64,000 bases of DNA from the human T2T-CHM13v2.0 reference genome, Homo sapiens, in assembly GCF_009914755.1 (NCBI RefSeq), contig NC_060930.1. One strand, given 5' to 3'. Under the pieces are notes generated by a model. The model searched no databases. It was not told where the DNA came from and saw only the letters and a program-made list of their open reading frames with translations. Every line of letters starts with the position of its first letter. Positions within the stretch are counted from its first letter, which is position 1. The position numbers were made by a program, and so were the translations under genes. Positions 13,163-24,695 of the stretch are shown one piece after another.

Positions 13163-14964
13163 GCTCATGCATATAACATGCCTATAAAGACTGACCAATA
13201 AGAGTAAATAAAAATACTTTCTCTTTTGTTCCTCCAAAAGTGGGATGCTAATATGAATAATAACTTACATTTTTCATAAATAAGAGCATCTTTTGGTTTT
13301 CCCAGGAGAATTTAATATCTTTAATATTAGCAAAGCGTGTAATAAACAGCAAAGGTTCAGATCAAGTATTTAATAATGGATACATATTTATAACTACCCT
13401 GTAAAATTTATTCAATCTTATGATGATTGGTTATAATATTGATAATCAAGGCTTGTTTTATAGTTTCTATAACCGATTATATTAAAATAAGCTTTGTAAC
13501 TCACAGTATCATTCAAGCTTATCTGAAAGACTTGTTTTCCCCATTTAAGGTCTCCATTAACATGTAATTCTTTCTAGCACATTTTTTATGCAGAAAAAGT
13601 AGACATTTTCAAAACATTTTTTTTCTGTTCATGCCAGAGTGAGTTCTGCTCCCAGATCATCTAGTATATTCAGGCAGGGGGAAAAATGAGAAAGTGCCAA
13701 AAAAGAGAGTCCCATACACAAGAAGAAAACCCCAAATTTTAAAAATCTAATCACTACATCAAGATTAAGTACTCACTGACTCATATTTTAGGTAAATAAT
13801 CACAAGAAGGACACCAACAACAATTTCTATTCCTAAATCTTAGGCCGTCAGTATGGTGAGAACCTAAAGACTGTGTTAGATGAAATGTGAATGGATCTTA
13901 TCCAGTTTCGTGAGAATGCTTGATAGGTCTCTCTCCAGAAAACTGCTAGCTTTATGGTTATTTGGGCTAGTCCAATAGCTTATTTGTTTTTCCACACAAG
14001 TGGTTCTTTTAAAGGAAAAGTAAAGAGCAAAACTCACAGCCAAAGTCACCCGATCAACCAGTTTGGTTAAGTGGCAGCCTTTATACCTGCCATTCAAGTG
14101 ACTTCAACAAACATCATTATAATTGCTAGTATGAACATGACCTTGAAAAAAAAGGCAGCTTCAGGATTATCTTGTGTATTGTTTAATAAACTCTGTATCG
14201 TCAAGCCACCCTGACTTTAAAGCAGCAGGATGTTACAGTGTTGTTTTCATATCCTGTTTTAAAGATGATCAAACATTTCTCAGAGCCAACCCAGAGATTT
14301 CTCTTTCTTTGGCACATTACATCCCAAGAACAATTACTTCATTCCAGATGACTATATTTTATAGCTCTTATCTGTTCCACAAGTTTGGAATGGGTTACAG
14401 TTCTGCCAACACAAAACATTTTACTTTCTCTAGATTCATACAAAAGAAATTTTGGTCAGCTCTGCCAAATTTGTACACTTTCTAAAAACTTCCTAAATAG
14501 GAAAGTCTTATTAAAGGAGATAAAGGGAAAAAAAAGACACACAAAACCCAAAGTTTTAGTTTGGGGAAGAAAGACTGAGGGAGGATCTAAAGTGTAAACC
14601 AACCGTATTTATTTGTAACAGAGTGATTCTTTCACTGAACTCACCTGAGGAAATTCACATGTTCCAGCAGGAACAGTCAATTGCGTGAACTGACAGCAGG
14701 CTTCAGTCTATTTCCCAATCAGGACTAAGACCCTTTTGTTAGAACAAAGGACACACTTTCTTCATTGCTTTATAAACACACCATGACTACAAAGTTCTAC
14801 CAAGTACAATTTACAAAAGAGAACTATGAAGAATCACTTTGCATTGTACTTGACTTACTTTAATATCTTTGGCATAGAATTTGTCATTTTTATAATGTGA
14901 TTAGTCTCCAGTGTTACGTTGTAAGAAGGAGTAAGGGCCAGTTTCTTGAAGAAGTGAGGAAACC

Positions 14965-15130
14965 ATCACTCTTCAAACTATGGCTTAGATTACAGTGCAT
15001 TGGCATCAGCTGAGAGCTTGTTAGAAATGCAGAATCCCAGGCCTGAGACCAGACCTATTAAATCAGAATCTGCAATGTAACAAGAACATGAGGTGATTTA
15101 CAAATCATATTAGTTTGAGAAGCATGGGAC
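14965..15130. mobile_element. MER5A/B (hAT-Charlie)
   Basis: GCATCAGCTGAGAGCTTGTTAGAAATGCAGAATCCCAGGCC...AATCAGAATCTGCA...AGTTTGAGAAGCA. Confidence 0.8.
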
Positions 15131-16018
15131 TAAACAACTTCATGCTGATTTCTCCATAGCAGACCTCTTTGTGTTCATTGGATCAATAGCTTAGGTTCTC
15201 CTAGAAGACTGCTCCTAAGTACATTAATTAACTCAATCAAGACACAAGCACTCACTATATGCCAGACACTCTTCTAGGCTCTGCTCAAAACACACAAAAG
15301 TCTTTCCTACAGTAGACCAAAAAGCTTAAATGCTAGTGTCCTTTAGCAAATAAAGCACAAGATTTTGATAGAAAATTTTGGTGCTTCATTGTTGTTAATT
15401 TTTTGGTGAAGCCCCATAATTTAAACAATTGGTGGAGATTTGCTTCCAATAATTACTTATTGATGGTCTATGTATTAGATTAAATCTTTGCTCTTTATCT
15501 GTTCAGAATGGGTAAAATTGTAGTATTACCTAAATAGCCATGAATATATCAGTACTTTACGTAGAGTAATCTTTTTCCTTGTGTATCTGTTTCCAGGTTA
15601 ATCCCTGGGGTAGAAGCATTAAAACATTTAATCAGTCACAGAGAACTAAATAAGAAAATAATTGCAAAATTATACTTCATAGAGGAAATGATTAATTCTA
15701 GGGGAAAACATGTAGTTATATAAATTGTGAGTTAAGTTATCTGTCACCTTTAAACATTGGTCTTACATTTCTAAAAGTAAAAGGTTTTACATAGGGTTTT
15801 ACACAGTAAAACTTGTAAGAAAAAATAGAACAAATCAGTGATGCCAGTCATTTATTAACCTTAACTACATGGTACACAGAATTTATATGACATTGTTGAT
15901 ATTTCAGTTAGTATTTAAGTATTCAGTAATGAGCTAATTCATTCATAATTCCCAGTGTCTAACTTTAATAATAATAATAGTATATACTGGAAAATGGAGA
16001 TAAATTGTTCTTCCTTTA

Positions 16019-16022
<4 letters not shown>

Positions 16023-16058
<36 letters not shown>
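16023..16058. repeat. (CA)n microsatellite
   Basis: About 18 perfect CA units. Confidence 0.97.
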
Positions 16059-16060
<2 letters not shown>

Positions 16061-16269
16061 TGTACACATACATACAGTATTCTGGGTCAGTATATTGGTG
16101 ATTGTGTTGGTAATGAAGGGAAGAATTGGATGTTACTAAATTGTGACTCCTAGATAAATGTACTATATATGAATAAGAGTTTCTGGAAGAGCCTCTCTTC
16201 TCATATCTGCTAGAGATGCCCATGGATCTTTCTTTTATTCCTGCTATTGGATATTGAGGAATCCTACTT

Positions 16270-16739
16270 TGTTTCAGGAACTCTACACATTTTCAGTTTC
16301 AACAGACCTTGCTTGGGTAAGATTTTAAATAGATACATTGTCATATAATTTGTAAAGTACTCCTTTAGACTTGGTTACTAACAACATTTGCAAAATTTGG
16401 GGGTAGTGGCATGAAGAAGACCACGGTTGAATTTGGTGGTAGTATATTTGTGTATCAGGTTTGGTGATAAAAGTAAAGAAGTTCCACAAATTTAGGAAAA
16501 CACTGTCCTCTGTAGCCATGGTAACAAATAGCTACTAAGCTTCTACAGATGATGTCAACTTCTGTACTTCTGAATGTTTACCAATTCCTGAACTCCATGC
16601 TTTCCCCAAATCCCATATAAGATCCATCCTCTATTCTTCTCAGAGAGACTGTGCCTGACCAGCATAGCTCTCACACAATAAATGCAGTTTTGTGCTTTTT
16701 ATTGAAGGTACTGTGTGATGATCTCAGCATCTTTTGACA
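16270..16739 (+). mobile_element. Unclassified LTR-like remnant
   Basis: TATA-like CATATAAG (~16614), AATAAA (~16677), ends ...TGACA; X-box-like GTAGCCATGGTAAC at 16512-16525. Family not recognised and start uncertain. Confidence 0.3.
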
Positions 16740-16834
16740 GTAGATAGCATATCTGGGTAAGAAGAGAAAGGCATACTAACTGCTCAGTGCCTTCCTGCAA
16801 CAGGATCCTGTAAAGCTCTCTAACTAAAAGATGG

Positions 16835-16980
16835 GCTTCTTCCCAAAGTGTGTGATCTCTGTGTCAAGCATTTCCTGGGACTTGTTAGAAGGGCAAATTA
16901 CTGAGTCATTCCCAGACTTAGTGGACTTCTCTTTAACAATCTCTGCAGGTGATTCTCATACATGCTAAAGTTAAGTGCTG
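16835..16980. mobile_element. MER5B-like DNA transposon
   Basis: TTCCCAAAGTGTG...CTGGGACTTGTTAGAAGGGCAAATT...TTTAACAATCTCTGCAGGTGATTCTCATACATGCTAAAGTT. Confidence 0.7.
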
Positions 16981-17004
16981 ATGAGAGGTACGGAGCCTAC
17001 GTAT

Positions 17005-17190
17005 TATTAAGCCAAAATTCAAATTGTTATCTTACCACCTCCTAAATATTTGACCTTGGATAATTTGCTGGACTATTCTGTACTTCATCTGCCTGTACTA
17101 TTTGAGGATAATATTGTACTTAACATCAAATGTAATTATAAGGATTAAATGACATAATGATTTTTAAATACTTAACCTGGCATGTCTTAA
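17005..17190 (+). mobile_element. MIR
   Basis: MIR core: TGACCTTGGATAATTT...CTTCATCTG...GAGGATAATA...AGGATTAAATGACATAATG. Confidence 0.65.
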
Positions 17191-19384
17191 CAGCTGCATA
17201 TTTGCCACTTATATTTATTATATTTATTCCTACTATTAGTTATTAAAACGATTTGTACATAACTTTATAAATTCAGATAACATATTCAAGTGTATGCAAA
17301 TTATTTACAAGGAAAATAGATATCATTTTTTATAGCTACTTACTCTGATTGGTAATCAGCCGCAGTTTAATTTAGAAAATCATTTAAACAGCTGAAACTG
17401 TTTGCTAATAACAAAAAATAAAAATGAACAAAAAGTAAACTATCTTGACCTAAGATTACTAAGCCCTGGTAAGGTAGACCAAATTATCCATGGTGAAGAA
17501 TCTGTTTTTATTTCATTTTTTTTCCCCAGTCTGTCTTGAGCTGATGTAACTAAGGAGCTCAAGCTGCAAGTGATCCACAGAGAAGTTAAAACAGAAACTG
17601 GTGTATAACCTGTTCAGTGAGACAAGTTCACTCATCTTGTGTTTGTATGTTAAATTATCCCGCAAGTTTCTAAACTCTCACATTCAATTTTTGTAATAAT
17701 TTCATCAGAAATTAGAAACAAAGAGTTCATAGATCACAATTTGAGTAGCAGTAAAATAGAAAATAAAGATAACTGACCTCAGACACAAAGCTTTCTCCCT
17801 TTTCCATGTTGCCAGCTAATCCACACACACTTAGCTTTAATTCAAAATTATGTAAAAATGAATAAATATTTAAAATTATTAACAAAAATATTACACTACT
17901 TTTCACATAATGAGTATTTTAATGACAAAATTTCCACTGAAATGAATTATTTACAGATTTCTGAACATAAATATGCCACACCTACTATGAAGTATTAGGT
18001 TTAGGAAGTTGAGATACTTATTTCAGGACCCTTGAAAAAGGTGCAAATAAATTGCACAGTAGTAAATACAATAAATCCCGCAAGTAATGATACTTTTAAT
18101 AAACTAGAGGCAGGGCCTCATAACCTTCATTTTCTAGCTATCTGTGACTTTGACAATTTATTGACTTTTGAAATATTCATTCTTTAAGAAGTTTTTTCTA
18201 ATATGTCCATAAATGTATCTTCAAAATTTGAATATATGAGTGGTAAAATCAGTTTCAAATGAGAATGTATTCAACTTATCAAAAATATAAAATCGTGATT
18301 ATAATTATTAATTGTAATTTAGTTGTAACCTATAGTAGCATTTATTTAATTGATATTAATTATTGACTAATTATAGTATCATGTTATATAATTAATATAT
18401 TGTTATAATAAATAACTATATTAAAGAGTATTAGCAGTTACAAAGTGGTAGACCAAATTCTGTATATCCGGTAAGGAAAGTAATTATGGGAAAAGTGAGC
18501 TTGCTTATCCATATTTGGCAAAGAATGACAATAGAAATGTAATTATTAGCCTCAGTATTCAGTGTAATTGCCACCCCAATATGAATGTTCATGAATCTTC
18601 AAACAGCTACTTAAGTTTTATGTCAACCACTGTAGGTACAGTTCCTTGTTGTCAGTCTATTGCTAACTGACAATTCACCACCTTCCAAGATATTTAGCCA
18701 GTATCAACATCTATGAACTTAGATCTTTGCATTTATTCATTAAAAAAATTGAGCAACTTTTTTCTTCTACTTCTCTATATGCTCCTTTCCTTTAAACTAT
18801 TCCTGAACATAATATGCTGAGTATAAAGGAATCCAATTGAAAGACTGTTTTTTGTTTAGTTTGTTTTAAAAAAAATTTCTAAAGATAGAGGGTAACATTG
18901 TGCTGTCACAACACTACAATGTCACTCTGAAATATTTTGTTGTTAAATGTTCATGTGACTTATTTACCAACACATATTTAAGAGTTAAATCAATTATATC
19001 ATTAAGTAATATGGTTTTCTATACACATTTGTAATTTTTTATGGTCACATTAATTCTTAAGATAGGGTGGATCATGATGACTTTTATTTTCCTGTAATTG
19101 AATAAATCTTGTTCTTTAGTTTCCATTTCTGCTGATTTTGAGAAATTTAATCTTGCTGACTTATGAACAGGGTTGCATCTGGGTTAACATACAGACTCTA
19201 GTCATTTCAAATGTTCTTGCTTTCAGATTCTTCTCTTTTCTTCCTCTTGCTTTGTCCACTGAAGTGATCTAACTTGCAAAGACTTTTCTCTTTTGCCAGG
19301 ACTTTTCTTTTGCTCTGGCGTCAGGAGCTAATAGTCTTGTCTGAGAGCCACTCTCTGGTATTGCATGTAGATGTCTACTTCAAT

Positions 19385-19790
19385 CAATCCGAAGAGGTTA
19401 CATGATACTGACAGCCCCAAATCTCAGCACTTAAAATAACAAAATATATTTCTTTTTCACGCTACATAACCAAAAAGGGTAGCTTTGCCCTATGTGTCTT
19501 GTCACTAGCTTTGTCCCTCTGTTGATGGAGGGTACATTATCTTGTGATGGTGACATTTAAGCAAGTTTCCACACTTGCCATGGCAGGGAAAAGAAATACA
19601 GATTCATACACCAGCAGTAAATACTTCCCACATGTGACACATATCACCAATGATCACACTGGCAATTTGTCATTGGTCAAAGAGCTGATCGCCACACCTA
19701 ACTTCAAAGGAACAAGAAAGCACGATCTTTCCTAGTGGTCCAAAAGGGGTAGATAAACAAATATCAATGAATGATGGAAATTTCTGGCAC
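19385..19790 (-). mobile_element. Old MaLR LTR (MLT1K/L-like)
   Basis: CCCCAAATCTCAGCACTTAAAATAACAAAA...TTTCACGCTACAT matches the reverse of an MLT1 LTR 3' end. Confidence 0.55.
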
Positions 19791-20340
19791 AGGAATCCTG
19801 CTAGGACTCTCCCCGTGCCATTTGTTGTCCCAGTGCTCATTTTGCTGGGACTTATTCCCCAATCTCGCTGCTCTGTCACTCATTTACCATGTTGGGCTTG
19901 TCTGTGAAACATGCAGTAAGTGGACTACATGTGTGGGAGTCAGGCACCAGTTCTTTCTTCCCTAAGGCCACCCAGGTCCAGGTATCTCCGAGGTTCATAT
20001 GAAATTTCAATAGACTTTAATAGAATTTCAGTCCCTGGAGGAGAAGGATACAAAGTCTCTTGATAGTCACCAACCAGGGTCTATGCTCTATTTTATGACT
20101 CACATTCTTCTTCCCCTTGCTAGTTGAAATCACACCTCCTTTTGGATAGAAACCAATGCTCTGATATTACAGTCTTCTGCATCATATGATTTATAGTTCA
20201 AACTTCGTATTCTAAGTCTTCCAGGATTTAGAATTTTATATTTTACGTTAGTGTTTTAGAGGAAACCAACAACTAAAAGGAAAACAGAACCTTTACTTTT
20301 TAAACCACCTGATCATTAAGATAGAAAGAATGAGAGAGCA

Positions 20341-20615
20341 GGAGGCATTGTGGCTCATGACTGTAATCCCAGCACTTTGGGAGCTGAGGTGGGCGGATCA
20401 CTTGAGGTCAGAAGTTTGAGACCAGCCTGGCCAACATGGAGAAACCCCATCTCCACTAAAAATATAAAATTTAGCTGGGCATGGTGGCCCGCCCCTGTAA
20501 TCCCAGCTACTTGGGAGGCTGAGGCAGGAGGCAGAGGTTGCAATGAGCAGAGATCATGCCACTGTACTTCAGCCTGGGCAACAGAGTGAGACTCTATCTC
20601 AAAAAAAAAAAAAAA
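20341..20615 (+). mobile_element. AluS with 19-bp internal deletion
   Basis: Dimeric Alu with A tail; TSD AAAGAATGAGAGA at 20325-20337 and 20616-20628. Confidence 0.95.
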
Positions 20616-21376
20616 AAAGAATGAGAGAAAATATTGCTTTCAGGACTATTGTCATATATATAAATGGAAATCCATTTATGGGTCTGCATTATGCTTCAAT
20701 ATAATGCTTTACAAAATCCATTTGGATATTTAACAATTTATTTTTCCAAGGTTCTGCTTGCTCTCCCTGGATGATAGTGCCTGTGGAAGACCTTCTGTGG
20801 GGAGAGAGACTACTCTGGACAATCTCTCAATATCTCAAAATTAAATAGATAGGTAAGGTATGTGGATAGATGATAGATAGATCTCTAAATAGAAATCAGA
20901 ATGAAATTTAAATTTTGTATTCTTAAATACTCAAACAAAAGGATTTTATTTCCCCTGGTGTCTGCAGAACCTCCAGTTTGATGATTATTTCAGAGGCTAC
21001 AAGAGTTTACAGAGTAATTAGAGGTTTACAGAATGTTCTCAAAAACTCAGGCCTAGGACATTTCAAAATCCACAGAAAGAAGTAAGAGACATTTCATTTT
21101 ATTTTGTTTTATTTTGCTATTATGAGCTGAATTGTGTCGCCCAAACCCATATGTTGAAGTCCTAGCCCCCAATTCCTCAGAATGTAACTGTATTTTTAAG
21201 ACAGGGGCTTTAAAGGGGTAATTAAGGTAAAATGTGGTCATATGTGTGAGCCTAATTCAATATTACTGACTTCCTAAAAAAGAAAAGGGATTAGAATAGA
21301 GACATACACAGAGAAAAGACCACGTGAGAACACCAGAAAGAGATGGCCACCTCCAAACTAAAGAGAGAAGCCCCAG

Positions 21377-22342
21377 AGTGGGGAAAAGCAAGAGAGATCA
21401 GATTGTTACTGTGTCTGTGTAGAAAGAAGTAGACATAAGAGACTCCATTTTGTTATGTACTAAGAAAAATTCTTCTGCCTTGAGATTCTGTTAATCTATA
21501 ACCTTACCCCCAACCCCGTGCTCTCTGAAACATGTGCTGTGTCCACTCAGAGTTAAATGGATTAAGGGCGGTGCAAGATGTGCTTTGTTAAACAGATGCT
21601 TGAAGGCAGCATGCTCCTTAAGAGTCATCACCACTCCCTAATCTCAAGTACCCAGGGACACAAAAACTGCGGAAGGCCGCAGGGACCTCTGCCTAGGAAA
21701 GCCAGGTATTGTCCAAGGTTTCTCCCCATGTGATAGTCTGAAATATGGCCTCGGGAAGGGAAAGACCTGACTGTCCCCCAGCCCGACACCCGTAAGGGGT
21801 CTGTGCTGAGGAGGATTAGTAAAAGAGGAAGGAATGCCTCTTGCAGTTGAGACAAGAGGAAGGCATCTGTCTCCTGCCTGTCCCCGGGCAATGGAATGTC
21901 TCGGTATAAAACCCGATTGTATGCTCCATCTACTGAGATAGGGAAAAACCGCCTTAGGGCTGGAGGTGGGACCTGCGGGCAGCAATACTGCTTTGTAAAG
22001 CATTGAGATGTTTATGTGTATGCATATCTAAAAGCACAGCACTTAATCCTTTACATTGTCTATGATGCAAAGACCTTTGTTCACGTGTTTGTCTGCTGAC
22101 CCTCTCCCCACAATTGTCTTGTGACCCTGACACATCCCCCTCTTGGAGAAACACCCACGAATGATCAATAAATACTAAGGGATCTCAGAGGCTGGCGGGA
22201 TCCTCCATATGCTGAACGCTGGTTCCCCGGGTCCCCTTATTTCTTTCTCTATACTTTGTCTCTGTGTCTTTTTCTTTCCTAAGTCTCTCGTTCCACCTTA
22301 TGAGAAACACCCACAGGTGTGGAGGGGCAACCCACCCCTACA
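21377..22342 (+). mobile_element. HERV-K(HML-2) solo LTR, LTR5_Hs, 966 bp
   Basis: (A)GTGGGGAAAAGCAAGAGAGATCAGATTGTTACTGTG ... GGAGGGGCAACCCACCCCTACA; 6-bp TSD CCCCAG at 21371-21376 and 22343-22348. Confidence 0.97.
22054..22072 (+). promoter_or_regulatory. OCT4-type motif (ATGCAAAG) with adjacent SOX-like CATTGT inside LTR5_Hs
   Basis: ATGCAAAG at 22065-22072, about LTR position 690, where LTR5_Hs elements are known to carry an OCT4 motif. Activity of this copy is unknown. Confidence 0.55.
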
Positions 22343-23249
22343 CCCCAGAAAAAAAAATCAACCTTGTCAATGCCTTGATCTTGGAATTCTAGTCTCTAGA
22401 ATTGTGAGAAAATTAATTTTGGTTGTTTAGGTCACCGAATCCGTGATACTTTGTATGGCAGCTCTAACAGACTAATACATTTATTTTACCTATTTAGGAG
22501 CTAGAGATAAAAAGAAGAAGAAAGGAGAGTGTGGATTTATTTAATCATATGGAAAAGAAATAACACAAATGTGTAGAATGCATGAGTTTACACTAGTATG
22601 AATTTCTGCATTGTCTTAACACTGATTTCCTCAGAACCCCCCCAGATCTTTGAACTTGTGATACACTGGTTCATCCATTTGCATTTGAGGTCAGAAATCA
22701 TTTTGGAATCACCATGAAACAAATCTACTGGATCATAACTTGGTGTTAAGATGTAACATATAACAGTTAAATAAATAATGCTATATACATTTTACATATT
22801 TATGCTATTTGGACTGAGTTGATGAAAGTTCTATACATTCCCAAATTAATGTAGTTTCCACTCTAATTACATTTCCTTGGTGATTTCAGTCCCATTCTCT
22901 TCTCTCATACAACTTATTCAAGACTTATTCTCTCCTTCTCCTACAGTCCTTTACTTTTTCCCACATATCCTTCCTAACCCTCAATAGGAAAAAACTCTAA
23001 GAATATATTTTCTTTTCTTTTTTTTTGTCCTCCATTCCCCTGTCCATAATGACATGATTAGAACATTTTCAACCTCTCTTTATCCCCCTCATGCCCACCT
23101 CCATCTCCTAGGTTTTGCTGGAATAATTGAGTGATTATTTGAATTGTTTTAAAATAAGTCCCTTAGATTGTGAAATTCCTCATATCCTCATCTATTAAAC
23201 TTACATATATTAAATGTCATTACTCACCACTGTTCTCTCTTCTTTCACC

Positions 23250-23950
23250 TTGTCTCTCTTATGATTAATTTGTCTTTTTATGGCCTTTCCTCAAGTATTC
23301 TCCTTAGGTAGTATGGTTGCATAGCAAACCATTCCAGTTTGTGTATGTCACTCTTTCTATATATTTTGTCTTTTTTCAAAAAAGGCATCAACCGGATAAT
23401 AAACAAGAAAATTACGGACTGAATATAGGAGTTTTTGCATGTTGTTTGTTTTCCTGAGTGTATTAAATGATCTATTGTCTATTAGCTTCCGGGGTCAAAA
23501 AATAAAGCCTATACCAGTGTGATTATTTTTCCTTTGTGAGTAACTTGTTCTTCCAAGCTATAAACATAAACCTTTTTCTTTACCCTTGGAGTTCACACAT
23601 TTTATAAGGATTTACTTGGTTGCATATATCTTCTTATTAAATCAGCCTGAAACTTAGTCAGCCCTTTTAATTTCTGGACCCAAATCTTTTCTCAATTCAG
23701 GAAAATTTATTTCTAGAAGTTGTTCAGTAATTACCTCTCTCCCATTTACTATTTTTTCCTCCTTTAAATCACCTTTTGGCTGTTCTTTTTCTTAGAGCTA
23801 TTCTCACAGTTTCTTTTTTCTTCATGATTTCTCTTCCTCTTTCTTTTCTGTGCTTTTAAGTATTTCTTGTGCTTAATTCACTCAGTCATAAATTCTAATT
23901 TCAGTAGTAACTGTTTTCCCTTCTAAAACATCTATTTAATGTTAGTTCCA
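23250..23950 (-). mobile_element. Very old L1M fragment(s)
   Basis: T-rich strand with decayed L1M ORF1/inter-ORF-like phrases; boundaries approximate. Confidence 0.4.
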
Positions 23951-23966
23951 AAACCAGGAATGTGGG

Positions 23967-24007
23967 GTGTATGTGTGTGTGTGTGTGTGTGTGTATGTGT
24001 GTGTGTG
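23967..24007. repeat. Interrupted (TG)n microsatellite
   Basis: TG repeats with TA interruptions. Confidence 0.93.
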
Positions 24008-24443
24008 ATTTGAACATCTTTCAATATATTCTTTTTTCCTTCCTCCCTCCCTCTCTTCCTTCCTTATTTAAAAAAATTCAGTAGCTCATTTTTCCCTGGG
24101 CATGTATCCTGAATTGCAACCTGATCTTTTTCTTTCTCATTGCCATGGCCCCTTAAATGGGTAGTTATTTTCTTAAGCAGCACATGCAGCTGAGTTCTGG
24201 TGGCTGAAATTTATTTAGGACAGAGACTCTCTAGAGGATGAAAGTCAAAAGGGTTATCTCACTTCCTCTTCCTGTCTTGAATGGCAGGCTAACAGTCTCT
24301 TCTTGATATACCCAGAAAGGTCACTCTGTTTTCTATTTTTTCTGCAGTCTCCTAGTCTCAGAATCAGGGAAGACTCAGCGAATATCTAGTTCTATCCTGG
24401 TCTTCAGTGGGTCAAGTTGACTAGGGTTACTTAAAATAAGTGA

Positions 24444-24695
<252 letters not shown>

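Larger units (their letters stand above)
21115..22479 (+). mobile_element. MLT1B LTR split by the LTR5_Hs insertion
   Basis: 5' half (TGAGCTGAATTGTGTC...ATGTTGAAGTCCTAGCCCCC) runs to 21376; resumes at 22343 and ends ...GGCAGCTCTAACAGACTAATACA. Confidence 0.85.

Noticed and set aside
17505-17630. Acceptor-like TTTTTTTTCCCCAG (ending 17529); similar sites near 19300, 28248 and 43350
   Set aside because: No consistent donor or reading frame; such motifs are common in T-rich DNA. A lncRNA exon cannot be excluded without RNA data.
17657-18085. Repeated 11-mer ATCCCGCAAGT; also TCCCATGGA(A/G)ATTTA at 12121 and 12279
   Set aside because: Too short and without extended similarity; compatible with chance.
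21628-22430. ORFs within the HML-2 LTR
   Set aside because: Chance frames in a non-coding LTR.
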